Below, in pieces: positions 26,896-34,537 of a stretch of DNA of 41,173 bases. Source of the stretch: a virus (Duplodnaviria > Caudoviricetes); the IMG/VR virus record IMGVR_UViG_3300017544_000004, positions 1 through 41,173 of that record; one strand, given 5' to 3'. The translations under genes and the position numbers were made by a program. Within the stretch, counting starts at the first letter, position 1, and each line of letters starts with the position of its first letter. The notes beneath the pieces were generated by a model. It was not told the origin of the DNA, searched no databases, and saw only the letters and a program-made list of their open reading frames with translations.

Positions 26896-26936
26896 GCCGG
26901 TCGGCGCGGCCTTCGAGGCGGACGGCCGGCCGACCC

Positions 26937-27125
26937 TCAAGGCGCGCCATCGTCCGCGCCCAGCTGGATGGTCACGTCGCCATTGCAGCCGAGCGCCATT
27001 GCTGCGAGGCGCATCAGCCCCGCCGCGATCCGGACGCGAAAGCGAAAGGAACGACGCGGCCGAAACACTACGCGCAACGTGCATCGCTCCATGACGTCGC
27101 GGCCGGAGATGGTGACATCGGTCAT
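26937..27125 (-). CDS. Hypothetical protein (62 aa)
   Basis: ATGA coupling to the HNH stop. Confidence 0.5.
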   Translation of the reverse strand: MTDVTISGRDVMERCTLRVVFRPRRSFRFRVRIAAGLMRLAAMALGCNGDVTIQLGADDGAP

Positions 27126-27451
27126 GATGCGTTTCGCCTCCTCGCCCGCGCGCTTTCCTTCGCGGTCTTGGCCTTACTGCACGGCCAGCACAGGCCCTGA
27201 TAATTCTCGTGCTCGCTGCCGCCGCCTTCGGCCTTGGGGCGGATATGGTCGGCAACGACCGATCGGCGCGGCGGGACTGTCCCGTTAGCGATGCAGGCTC
27301 GGCAATATGGCTCCTCAATGATGACGCGCTTACGCATATCGTCATGCTCGCGCCCATATCCGCGCTGCTGCCTGCTCTTGCCGTTCGACGTCGCCCATGG
27401 CGCTGCCGGCTTCCAGCCGGGCGGACGAAATCGCGGCGCCTGACGTGGCAC
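27122..27451 (-). CDS. Terminase-associated HNH endonuclease (gp74-like)
   Basis: RGYG, CRAC, VADHIRP..EGG, NYQGLCWPC..KT. Confidence 0.88.
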   Translation of the reverse strand: MPRQAPRFRPPGWKPAAPWATSNGKSRQQRGYGREHDDMRKRVIIEEPYCRACIANGTVPPRRSVVADHIRPKAEGGGSEHENYQGLCWPCSKAKTAKESARARRRNAS

Positions 27452-27457
27452 GACGAC

Positions 27458-27769
27458 CTATGCTTCCTTCACCGTCGCCGCTTCCAGCGTGACGAGCATT
27501 TCCTCGCCCCGCTCCTCGATCTCGCCGACGTCCAGCCGCACGAGCACAAAGCCCGGCAGGTAAACCGAATGCTCGTCAAGCAGGTCCAGCCAGGCGCGCT
27601 TTGACAAGCCGGTGACGAGAAGCGTCAACCTGTGCAACCCGCCGACGAAGCTGGGACTATCCCACGGCCATGTGCGCTCGACCATCCAGTCGACGGTGCA
27701 ACCGGCCTGCTCGGCCGACCGCTCCAGTTCGCGCTTCAGCCGATCGCCGGCGACGAGGTGGACGCTCAT
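27458..27769 (-). CDS. Hypothetical phage protein
   Basis: ATGA coupling; WPWDSPSFVGGLHRL motif. Confidence 0.7.
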   Translation of the reverse strand: MSVHLVAGDRLKRELERSAEQAGCTVDWMVERTWPWDSPSFVGGLHRLTLLVTGLSKRAWLDLLDEHSVYLPGFVLVRLDVGEIEERGEEMLVTLEAATVKEA

Positions 27770-28422
27770 GCTGCGGACACGTCGATCGTGATGGCCCGCC
27801 ACGGTGCCTGTGCATTCTGCCGCTGATAAAGGCGGATGTAGCGCTTGGAGCCGACGACCCGGAAACTGTCGCGGATCGCCTGCATCGCCTTCAGCCAGCG
27901 CGGGTCTGCGATCTCCAGCCGCAGCAGCGAGAACAGGTCGTTCCTGTTGATCCGCCCCTGGCTGTCCACATCGAACGCGCGATTGATGATGGCGCGGATC
28001 TCGGTGCGGCTGTCGGCCGACCATTCGCGCAGGCATTCGTCCACGATGCCTTTCGCGACCTGAAGCTCCGGGCCGAACACGATGTTCTCCGACACCTGCA
28101 CCACGATCTTCAGCAGGCCGTCATAGGATGTGAAGGTGAGGTTGCCCTTCGCGCCGCCGCGCCGCGCTTGATATTCCTGTTCGAGCAACTCGACGAAGCC
28201 GTCCACATCGTCGAAGCTATGCTGCCGGAACCGCGCCACCTGCGCGGAAAGCGGAAGCGCGAAGCCGACAACCTTGCGGACCAGCTCATCCTGGAGCTTG
28301 TCGATCGTCTTCACGGCCACGTCCGGGATCAGCCCGCCATCGGCGTTTGTCCAGTAGATCGAGCCGTCAATCTCCCGCCGCCCGGCAGGCGTCGCGGACG
28401 GATCGCCGGGACCATCGGTCAT
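27766..28422 (-). CDS. DUF3164-family protein (Mu-like phages)
   Basis: YWTNADGGLIP...GGAKGNLTFTSYDG...FGPELQVAK...GSKRYIRLYQR. Confidence 0.85.
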   Translation of the reverse strand: MTDGPGDPSATPAGRREIDGSIYWTNADGGLIPDVAVKTIDKLQDELVRKVVGFALPLSAQVARFRQHSFDDVDGFVELLEQEYQARRGGAKGNLTFTSYDGLLKIVVQVSENIVFGPELQVAKGIVDECLREWSADSRTEIRAIINRAFDVDSQGRINRNDLFSLLRLEIADPRWLKAMQAIRDSFRVVGSKRYIRLYQRQNAQAPWRAITIDVSAA

Positions 28423-28613
28423 GCCGCTGCGCGCCCCGGCATCGGCCAATGATAGCCGACGGGATCGTCGAGCGGATCGAGGATCAGCCCGCCGCGCTGG
28501 ACAGGCACGGGATGGAACTGGCCGTCGAGGCCCAGCTCGACACGATAGCGCGTGCGGCGATAGCCCAGCGTCTTCATGGCGCGGATCTGCATGCGGCGGG
28601 GAAGGCTGCTCAT
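28419..28613 (-). CDS. Hypothetical protein (64 aa)
   Basis: GGAG RBS before ATG 28613; stop coupled to the next gene. Confidence 0.6.
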   Translation of the reverse strand: MSSLPRRMQIRAMKTLGYRRTRYRVELGLDGQFHPVPVQRGGLILDPLDDPVGYHWPMPGRAAA

Positions 28614-28629
28614 AATGTGGCTCCGGTGA

Positions 28630-28794
28630 TCAACGACGAGGGGGAACAAGATCGAGCAAGGCCCTGGCCTCGGCGCGCGTGACGGCCGCCGCGTCCAGCA
28701 GCTTCACGAGTTGCGCGAGATAGCGCCGCGTGACGCGGACCTCTTCCAGATCCGGCCCGCTGGCTTCAACGCGCAGCCGGTCGATATCGATCAT
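28630..28794 (-). CDS. Hypothetical protein (54 aa), absent from the ORF track
   Basis: GGAGA RBS; MIDIDRLRVEASGPDLEEVRVTRRYLAQLVKLLDAAAVTRAEARALLDLVPPRR*; fills the operon gap. Confidence 0.65.
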   Translation of the reverse strand: MIDIDRLRVEASGPDLEEVRVTRRYLAQLVKLLDAAAVTRAEARALLDLVPPRR

Positions 28795-28807
28795 CGCCAA
28801 TCTCCGC

Positions 28808-29065
28808 TCACCACCAGGCGCTCAACTTCCCGTCCCGCATCTCCATCGCCAGCGGCGCCGCCGACGGCGCGCACTCGCCGCGAAAGGGTGCGACGATGGA
28901 GGCGGCGATGGCCTGCGCCCGCTCTTCCAGATCGGCATGACGCTGGTCATGGCGCTGGCGGGGGGACAGGCGGGCGTCGCGGATCAGCGTGTCCAGCTCA
29001 TGGCTGGCGCGTTCGAGCTGATCGGGGATCGAAAGCCGGGTAGCTGGCTCTGGGTATCGGGCCAT
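28808..29065 (-). CDS. Hypothetical protein, first gene of the late operon
   Basis: GGAGG RBS region before ATG 29065. Confidence 0.65.
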   Translation of the reverse strand: MARYPEPATRLSIPDQLERASHELDTLIRDARLSPRQRHDQRHADLEERAQAIAASIVAPFRGECAPSAAPLAMEMRDGKLSAWW

Positions 29066-29086
29066 CCTTGCCGCCTCCATCGACGC

Positions 29087-29118
29087 AAAAAGCCCGCCGA
29101 TGGGGGATCGGCGGGCTT
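29087..29118 (-). terminator. Terminator hairpin in the late-operon leader
   Basis: AAGCCCGCCGAT-ccccc-ATCGGCGGGCTT followed by a U run. Confidence 0.7.
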
Positions 29119-29165
29119 CAGGCGCAATTATCGCGGGGTCGTTTCTGGCGCTTTCGTGACCGTTT

Positions 29166-29186
29166 GGGCAGTCCCGTTTTTGTAAC
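29166..29186 (-). promoter_or_regulatory. Late-promoter motif, copy 1
   Basis: GTTACAAAAACGGGACTGCCC, 19/21 identical to 30910-30930. Confidence 0.65.
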
Positions 29187-29200
29187 GGCGCGAATTTTCT

Positions 29201-29464
29201 TCAGTGCGTGTGCAACACCTGCTCGCGCAGGATGCCATTCACGCGGCTTTGCCAGCCCGGCCCGCTGGCGCGCAGCACGGCCAGCAGATCGGCGTCGAGG
29301 CGCATCGAAACCTGCTCCTTCGTCGGGGTTTTCTGCGTCCCGCGCAAACGGCGGCGTTCCTCGCGCTCCGCCAGCGCCTGCCGGACGCCTTCCTCGCTGA
29401 CATCGAAATCTTCCGGATCGTTCGGATCAGCCGGAAGCGCTATAGAGTTTTTTCTCGCCATCAT
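29201..29464 (-). CDS. brnA: BrnA antitoxin
   Basis: RGTQKTPTKEQVSMRLDAD...SGPGWQSRVNGILR. Confidence 0.92.
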   Translation of the reverse strand: MMARKNSIALPADPNDPEDFDVSEEGVRQALAEREERRRLRGTQKTPTKEQVSMRLDADLLAVLRASGPGWQSRVNGILREQVLHTH

Positions 29465-29699
29465 TGCTCTTCCTCACAGAGATGAAGCGGAAAGCCGCTC
29501 CACGCATCACATACACAGCCGTCCAGAGGCGGCCGTTCACATCGCCGATCACCTTGAAGCGGTCTTCCCCGTCGATCGGGCGATGGGAAGCGACGATCAG
29601 ATGGTCGGCATCGCGGAACATCTCCGCACCGAAAGTCAGCGAGACGCCATGCTTGTCGCGGTTGATCTCGTCCTTGTCGGTGTCGAATTCGATGTCCAT
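29427..29699 (-). CDS. brnT: BrnT ribonuclease toxin
   Basis: EFDxxK..N..KHGVS, GEDRF..IG, RFISVRK. Confidence 0.92.
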   Translation of the reverse strand: MDIEFDTDKDEINRDKHGVSLTFGAEMFRDADHLIVASHRPIDGEDRFKVIGDVNGRLWTAVYVMRGAAFRFISVRKSNDGEKKLYSASG

Positions 29700-29701
29700 G
29701 G

Positions 29702-29751
29702 AGATTGTATATACAATCTGACAGGACAGAGCAAGAGCTAATTGTATATAC
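29702..29751. promoter_or_regulatory. brnTA autoregulatory operators
   Basis: Perfect 18-bp palindrome AGATTGTATATACAATCT (29702-29719) and a second ATTGTATATAC (29741-29751). Confidence 0.75.
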
Positions 29752-29821
29752 GTATAAGAAGTGCGGTTCGGCGGCGATGATGCGTGGCGGAATTTATTAC
29801 GCTATGTTTGTTCGGAGCGTC

Positions 29822-30082
29822 ATGGTGACGTCTTTAAGCCGCCGACTTTTATCGGCTAAACGCGAGTTCGATTCCGAAATGCAAGATCTCAAATTAATGT
29901 GCCACATAGCGGCACATCTGAAAATCAATGGACCGGATCAGGTCGCAAACTGGCAACCCAAATGGGCCACCAACGACCGTGGAGAAATCGTTGTCGAGTG
30001 GCCCCACGGTCGTCCAGAGTGTGTTCCGGACGGACCTACGGTTTTGCCTCCGCTCGACGATGAAGAAGACCATCGATACTAG
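29822..30082 (+). CDS. Hypothetical moron protein
   Basis: Lower GC, opposite strand, GGAG before ATG 29822 (alternative 29804). Confidence 0.5.
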   Translation: MVTSLSRRLLSAKREFDSEMQDLKLMCHIAAHLKINGPDQVANWQPKWATNDRGEIVVEWPHGRPECVPDGPTVLPPLDDEEDHRY

Positions 30083-30230
30083 CACTATTTGGCAAAATCG
30101 AGGGTGGCCGGCGAGCGTGACCAAATTGTGTGGTGCGCTGCCAGCATGCTGGAGGGTCTGTTGGCAGTTCGCTATTCCGTCCCAGCCACTCCGGAACCGT
30201 CAGTCCATAGCGCCTTCCAAATGGCCGTGC

Positions 30231-30860
30231 TCAAAGCAACCCCGCCTGCGCCGCCGCCAGCTCGGCCGCGCTGATCTCGCGGCAGGCGTCACGGATCATC
30301 GCGCCCCATAGCTGCAGGCTGCCCTCCAGCATCGCGCCCGCCCGCCGCGCCGACATGCGGTATCGCCGCGCCGCCTGCGTCAACGCCAGGTCGCAGACGA
30401 TGACGTCCAGCGGCAGCGCGGCCCTGCCGCCCAGCGCCGCGCGCCAGCGCGAATAGGCGACCTCCGCCCGCACCGCGCCCAGCGCCTCCCAGAATGCGTC
30501 GCCATGGCGCGAGCTGTCGACCCGCGTTTCCAGGCTGGCCGTGCAGATCGCCACGTCGGCGCCGATCCGCTCGGCCACGGCGCGAATCTCCTGCGCCCAG
30601 CCCACCTCCTCGATGGCGAGCCGCCCGCTGGCATAAAGCCGCGCCACCGCGCCCTGCTGGACGCGGCTGGCATGATGATGGGTTTCCGGCGTTCCGTTGC
30701 GCTTGTGGCTGAAGTCGGCGAGCAGCGCCGCGCGCGTCTTGCGAAAGGCCCGCTCCTGCGCGGCTTGCTGCGGATGACGTTTAGCCCAGGCGCTGCGCTG
30801 GCCCGACGCCGATGATGGCGCCTTAGCGCCCTGCTTTTTCTTCGCCCCCGTCCGCGCCAT
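30231..30860 (-). CDS. Putative late transcription activator/antiterminator
   Basis: GGGAGG RBS; ARLYASGRL N-terminal motif and C-terminal sigma-4-like HTH (LTQAARRYRMS); position before late operon. Confidence 0.65.
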   Translation of the reverse strand: MARTGAKKKQGAKAPSSASGQRSAWAKRHPQQAAQERAFRKTRAALLADFSHKRNGTPETHHHASRVQQGAVARLYASGRLAIEEVGWAQEIRAVAERIGADVAICTASLETRVDSSRHGDAFWEALGAVRAEVAYSRWRAALGGRAALPLDVIVCDLALTQAARRYRMSARRAGAMLEGSLQLWGAMIRDACREISAAELAAAQAGLL

Positions 30861-31251
30861 ATCCGCCGCCTCCCTGCAACGGCGCATTATGGCCGTGCGC
30901 GGAGTGGCCGGGCAGGCCCGCTTTTGTAACAGGCATTTCGATATCCAGCAGCGGCACGGACGCGGGATCGAGCACCAGATAACCCGCATCGCGGACATGC
31001 CGCACCGCTTCCTCCTCGGCACTCAGCGGCCTGACGCCCCGCGTCTGGCCCGGCGCGCGATGGATGCGCCCCTCCGCTGCCAGCTTGCGGATGGCGTCCT
31101 GCACCCGCGAACGGTTGGAACCGATCGCCGCGGCCATCTCGCTCAGCGAAGGGCCGACGCCATGCGCCGCATAAAAGGCGCGGATGAACGCCAGCACTTG
31201 CAGCTTCCTGCTCGCCATCTGCGGCGACAGGCGCGGTATGTCGTCGATCAT
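30823..31251 (-). CDS. LexA-type winged-helix DNA-binding protein without peptidase domain
   Basis: RKLQVLAFIRAFYAAHGVGPSLSEMAAAIG...LAAEGRIHRAPGQTRGV. Confidence 0.82.
   Translation of the reverse strand: MIDDIPRLSPQMASRKLQVLAFIRAFYAAHGVGPSLSEMAAAIGSNRSRVQDAIRKLAAEGRIHRAPGQTRGVRPLSAEEEAVRHVRDAGYLVLDPASVPLLDIEMPVTKAGLPGHSAHGHNAPLQGGGGYGADGGEEKAGR
30910..30930 (-). promoter_or_regulatory. Late-promoter motif, copy 2
   Basis: GTTACAAAAGCGGGCCTGCCC followed 18 nt later by CATAAT, upstream of the activator gene. Confidence 0.65.
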
Positions 31252-31280
31252 GCCCAACAGGCTGCCTCCCTGCCCGCCGG

Positions 31281-31309
31281 AATATAGGGGAAAACCACCA
31301 TTTTTCCAA
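31281..31309 (-). promoter_or_regulatory. Sigma70-like promoter with internal inverted repeat
   Basis: TTGGAA-N17-TATATT containing GGAAAA-N7-TTTTCC. Confidence 0.5.
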
Positions 31310-31564
31310 TTAATAGGGCGAACGCGGGCGCTGCCGCATATCTTCATGGCTGGGTCCGGTCGGCGGACACATGACCAGTCCGATCGCCCTGTCCAGCGCT
31401 TCCTGTTCCCCTTCCATGGTGGAGGTGCCGAACCAGACATGATGTTCCCCGTTGCGCCAGGTGCGTGCCTCGGCGTGCCAGTGTCCTTCCTTGCACCACG
31501 TCCGCCAGCGGTAAGTCAGTCCATGCTTTCGGGCATATTCGCGGAGTCGGCTGTCATCGGGCAT
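31310..31564 (-). CDS. SOS-controlled small protein (candidate antirepressor)
   Basis: 84-aa ORF starting immediately below a LexA box and promoter; function inferred from context only. Confidence 0.65.
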   Translation of the reverse strand: MPDDSRLREYARKHGLTYRWRTWCKEGHWHAEARTWRNGEHHVWFGTSTMEGEQEALDRAIGLVMCPPTGPSHEDMRQRPRSPY

Positions 31565-31566
31565 AA

Positions 31567-31599
31567 GAACATATAAAGAACGTCTGGCGCGGCGGTCAA
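31567..31599 (-). promoter_or_regulatory. Alphaproteobacterial LexA (SOS) box overlapping a sigma70 promoter
   Basis: GTTC-TTTATAT-GTTC (31581-31567) over the -10 region; -35 TTGACC at 31599-31594. Confidence 0.85.
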
Positions 31600-31618
31600 C
31601 GCGCGCGGAGCGCCCGCG

Positions 31619-32302
31619 CTATTCCGGCGGCCATTTCAGCCCCTCGGTCTGGAACGTGAAGTTCGGCTCGCCGCCCTGATAGATCTCCAGCGACACGACG
31701 ACCTTCTTCGCTTTCTTCAACCGCGCTATGAAGTCGGCCGGGCTGGCGACGAACACCGTGTCGGAACTATGGTCGGACGCGCCATTCATCCGGATCTTCC
31801 GCGGCGCGGCGTCGTCGAAGCGCACCATCGCCGAACAGCCGTCATAGGACCGGCACAGCAACTGCCCGCTGCTCAGCACGAAATAGACGTCCGTTCCATG
31901 ACGGGGATGCTGCCGCACATTCATCCTCACGTCGGATCCGCCGCTATACGGCGGCGCGAGCTGGACGATATTGTCGCTGGTGACGCTCGCGACGTTCCAT
32001 GTCTTGCCGCTCATCTCGTCCGTTCCGGACGAATAGCTCCAGCCAGGCAGCTTTTCGGGAAGGGCTGCGCTTTCATCCAGCGACGCCAAGGACGCCGAAG
32101 GAGAAGGCGGAGAAGATGTATCCGGTCTGTCGATCAGCGCCGCCAACACGATCAAGGCAAGGATCCCGCCGATGATCCAGCGCAACCGATTCCCCGTCGG
32201 CTTGCGCTTGGCTCCATCGCCCTTTTCAAGATTCCAGCCACATGCCCCACAGAAACGATCGTCGGGACGCACCTGCGCCCCGCAACCCGTGCAATTCGTC
32301 AT
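31619..32302 (-). CDS. Zinc-ribbon, single-TM membrane protein with periplasmic domain
   Basis: CTGCG...FCGACG, TM helix, Pro/Ser linker, W.YS...DEMSG domain. Confidence 0.8.
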   Translation of the reverse strand: MTNCTGCGAQVRPDDRFCGACGWNLEKGDGAKRKPTGNRLRWIIGGILALIVLAALIDRPDTSSPPSPSASLASLDESAALPEKLPGWSYSSGTDEMSGKTWNVASVTSDNIVQLAPPYSGGSDVRMNVRQHPRHGTDVYFVLSSGQLLCRSYDGCSAMVRFDDAAPRKIRMNGASDHSSDTVFVASPADFIARLKKAKKVVVSLEIYQGGEPNFTFQTEGLKWPPE

Positions 32303-32353
32303 CTATGTCACCCCCGTGCCACTTCCCGCCCGATCTACATCATAGCCAAGATA

Positions 32354-33088
32354 TCAAGCGGCTTGCGCCTTCAGCGCCTGACTAAGTTCCAGCGCCCATG
32401 TCACTTCCCTGCTGTGATGCTGACCATCCGCATCCATGATCAAGCCGCAATGATCTAGGATGAGACGGGCCGCCCGCTTTCCAATCGGCGAAGTCTTTAG
32501 TCGTTTCAGGGCGAGCAGCACGTCCCGTCCGTCTGGAGCGATGGCGGGCGATCGATGCATCGCGATTTCAATCATCGCATCATCGCCGCCGAACCGCATG
32601 ACATAGGCCGTGATCGCCGCTTCCAGCGCCTCGGCCTCCATCGGGTGATAGTCACCGTCGCACTTCGCCATGAACAGGGCGATCTGGACGAAGGCGGTGA
32701 ATCCCTTGTCCTCGAAAGGAAGGACGCCGGTCGACGCCAGCGTGTCGAAATGGCTGATGGGATCGACCAATTCGCCGGTCGACAGGTCCATGAGTTCGCG
32801 GATGTTCCCGATCTTGAACATCCGGGGCCGCTCGCGGGAATGACAATAGGCGTGGACATGTGTCGCCGCGCCATACCCGTCCAGCTTACTGCAGGTGATC
32901 TGCCGCCAACTCTCGACACCCTTCGCATCGACATAGGCGATCTCGCACGACCAGGAAGAACTTTGATCCCGTTCCTCAGTGTCGGCGGCGATCATGTCAT
33001 CGTCGTCATCTTCGTCGCAGCCCCATGTGAGGCGAATTCCAAGCGGCTCCGGCGTAACCCTCAGCCGCAGAAACTCATTCGAGAACAT
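32354..33088 (-). CDS. WYL-domain / TerB-like fusion protein
   Basis: IAYVDAKG..SWRQI...AYCHSR..PRMFKIGNI (WYL); MAKCDGDYHPME and IMDADG.HHSRE (paired TerB motifs). Confidence 0.75.
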   Translation of the reverse strand: MFSNEFLRLRVTPEPLGIRLTWGCDEDDDDDMIAADTEERDQSSSWSCEIAYVDAKGVESWRQITCSKLDGYGAATHVHAYCHSRERPRMFKIGNIRELMDLSTGELVDPISHFDTLASTGVLPFEDKGFTAFVQIALFMAKCDGDYHPMEAEALEAAITAYVMRFGGDDAMIEIAMHRSPAIAPDGRDVLLALKRLKTSPIGKRAARLILDHCGLIMDADGQHHSREVTWALELSQALKAQAA

Positions 33089-33097
33089 CTATCCCCC

Positions 33098-33487
33098 CTA
33101 TTCCCCGCTAAAATCCTGCCTCTTGTCGTGAACGGACGATGATGGCGCATGCATGTTATTCACCATGCAATCCAGCACGGTGAAGACCGCTTCCTGCGCG
33201 GTGGCTCCGAGTGATCTAAACAGATCGACCAAGCGCGCCTCGGCTTGACTGATGCTGCCCGCTGCCCGCTGCCCGCTAACGATCCAATACCAATCGGCGC
33301 CCGCATCGCCGATTCGCAGAAGATATTCAACGGAAGGCATCGTCCCGGATTCATATCGATGCTGTGTGTTGAGCGTCACGCCTCCGAGCCCTGCAAAATC
33401 CTTTTGAGACAAGCCCATGGCGTTCCGCGCAGCACGAAGCCGCATCGGAATATTATCAGTTTCGATAATATCCTCTTGACTATTCAT
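33098..33487 (-). CDS. CI-like XRE repressor lacking S24 peptidase domain
   Basis: RLRAARNAMGLSQKDFAGLGGVTLNTQHRYESG HTH; divergent from cro-like gene; start uncertain (33487 or 33445). Confidence 0.85.
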   Translation of the reverse strand: MNSQEDIIETDNIPMRLRAARNAMGLSQKDFAGLGGVTLNTQHRYESGTMPSVEYLLRIGDAGADWYWIVSGQRAAGSISQAEARLVDLFRSLGATAQEAVFTVLDCMVNNMHAPSSSVHDKRQDFSGE

Positions 33488-33537
33488 CACATCCAGTAAA
33501 CATCTGTCGCCAGTTACAACAGAATGGCACATTGCAC

Positions 33538-33822
33538 ATGTCGGGGGTCGGAGTCACACATTCCGAAAGCCAAAAGGCGCGCGCGCGACGCATTCGTGCA
33601 CGGTTCGTCGCATCCGGGACGAATATCAGCGAATGGGCGCGGGAACGCGGCTTCTCGGTGAGCCTCGTCCAGTCCGTCCTTCAGGGTGATCGCCCCTGTC
33701 GTCGCGGCGAATCGCATCGCATTGCTGTGGCCCTCGGCCTCAAGGATGAAGCGCCTGCGCCTGGCACAGACGCCCCCGTTCGCTCGACGGCTCTCGATCG
33801 TCTGGAAGGTGTGCGCCCATGA
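33538..33822 (+). CDS. Cro/Ner-like DNA-binding protein (BcepMu gp16-like)
   Basis: SGTNISEWARERGFS...RRGESHRIAVALGLK. Confidence 0.85.
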   Translation: MSGVGVTHSESQKARARRIRARFVASGTNISEWARERGFSVSLVQSVLQGDRPCRRGESHRIAVALGLKDEAPAPGTDAPVRSTALDRLEGVRP

Positions 33823-34078
33823 CCGCTGCATCCCTTCTGGCTATCCGGCCCGCGGCCGTTCGTCTTGTCGAATTGCAGCCGCATTTTCGTCCCCGTGACC
33901 CAGGCACGCCGACCATCGCCGGGCACGATCCTGCCGGCGCCGCATCCCATAGCGCGGCGCCGGCCTTTCTCATCGGGCGTCCCGGCCGCCCTGGCTCCCG
34001 TGCGAACTGGCCGTCAGCCGGGGCCGACCGCTCGGCGGTTTCCCCTCTCGCCGACCAGAGCGGAGCCGGGGATTTCTC

Positions 34079-34537
34079 ATGACGAAGCGCCGCGAACCCA
34101 TATCGCTGGACACCGCCCTCGCCCGCATCGCCGGGCAGATTCCCGGCGGCTGGAAGACGATGGCCGAGCTCGTCGGCTATGAGGAAAGCTACGTCCGCGC
34201 ATGGGGCGACGAAACCCGCGACGGCAAGATCAACCTGCCCGCCGCGATCACGCTCGATATCGCCTATCAGGCGGCGGGCGGCACGGGCGCGCCGATCTAC
34301 ACGGCCTATGGCGACCTGATCGGCGCGGCGCAGGCGGCGCATTTCGGCGACAAGCAGGAACTGCAACGCGCCACCATCGACTTCATGAAAGAAAATAGCG
34401 AGGCGGAGACCGCCCTGCTCGAAGCCGCGCAGCCCGATGCTGGCCCGCTCGAAGAGGCAAAGGCCCAGCGCGAACTGCTCGACGTCCGCAACAAGGCGGA
34501 CGAGCTGCTCCTCCGCATGGGCCGCAAGCCTCCCTGA
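34079..34537 (+). CDS. CII-like phage regulatory protein
   Basis: MTKRREP...MAELVGYEESYVRAWGD HTH-like segment; position after cro. Confidence 0.7.
   Translation: MTKRREPISLDTALARIAGQIPGGWKTMAELVGYEESYVRAWGDETRDGKINLPAAITLDIAYQAAGGTGAPIYTAYGDLIGAAQAAHFGDKQELQRATIDFMKENSEAETALLEAAQPDAGPLEEAKAQRELLDVRNKADELLLRMGRKPP

Noticed and set aside
33819-34082. 87-aa ORF between cro and cII
   Set aside because: ATGA-coupled at both ends but Pro/Ala/Gly-rich and coincident with strong hairpins; coding status unsupported, though not excluded
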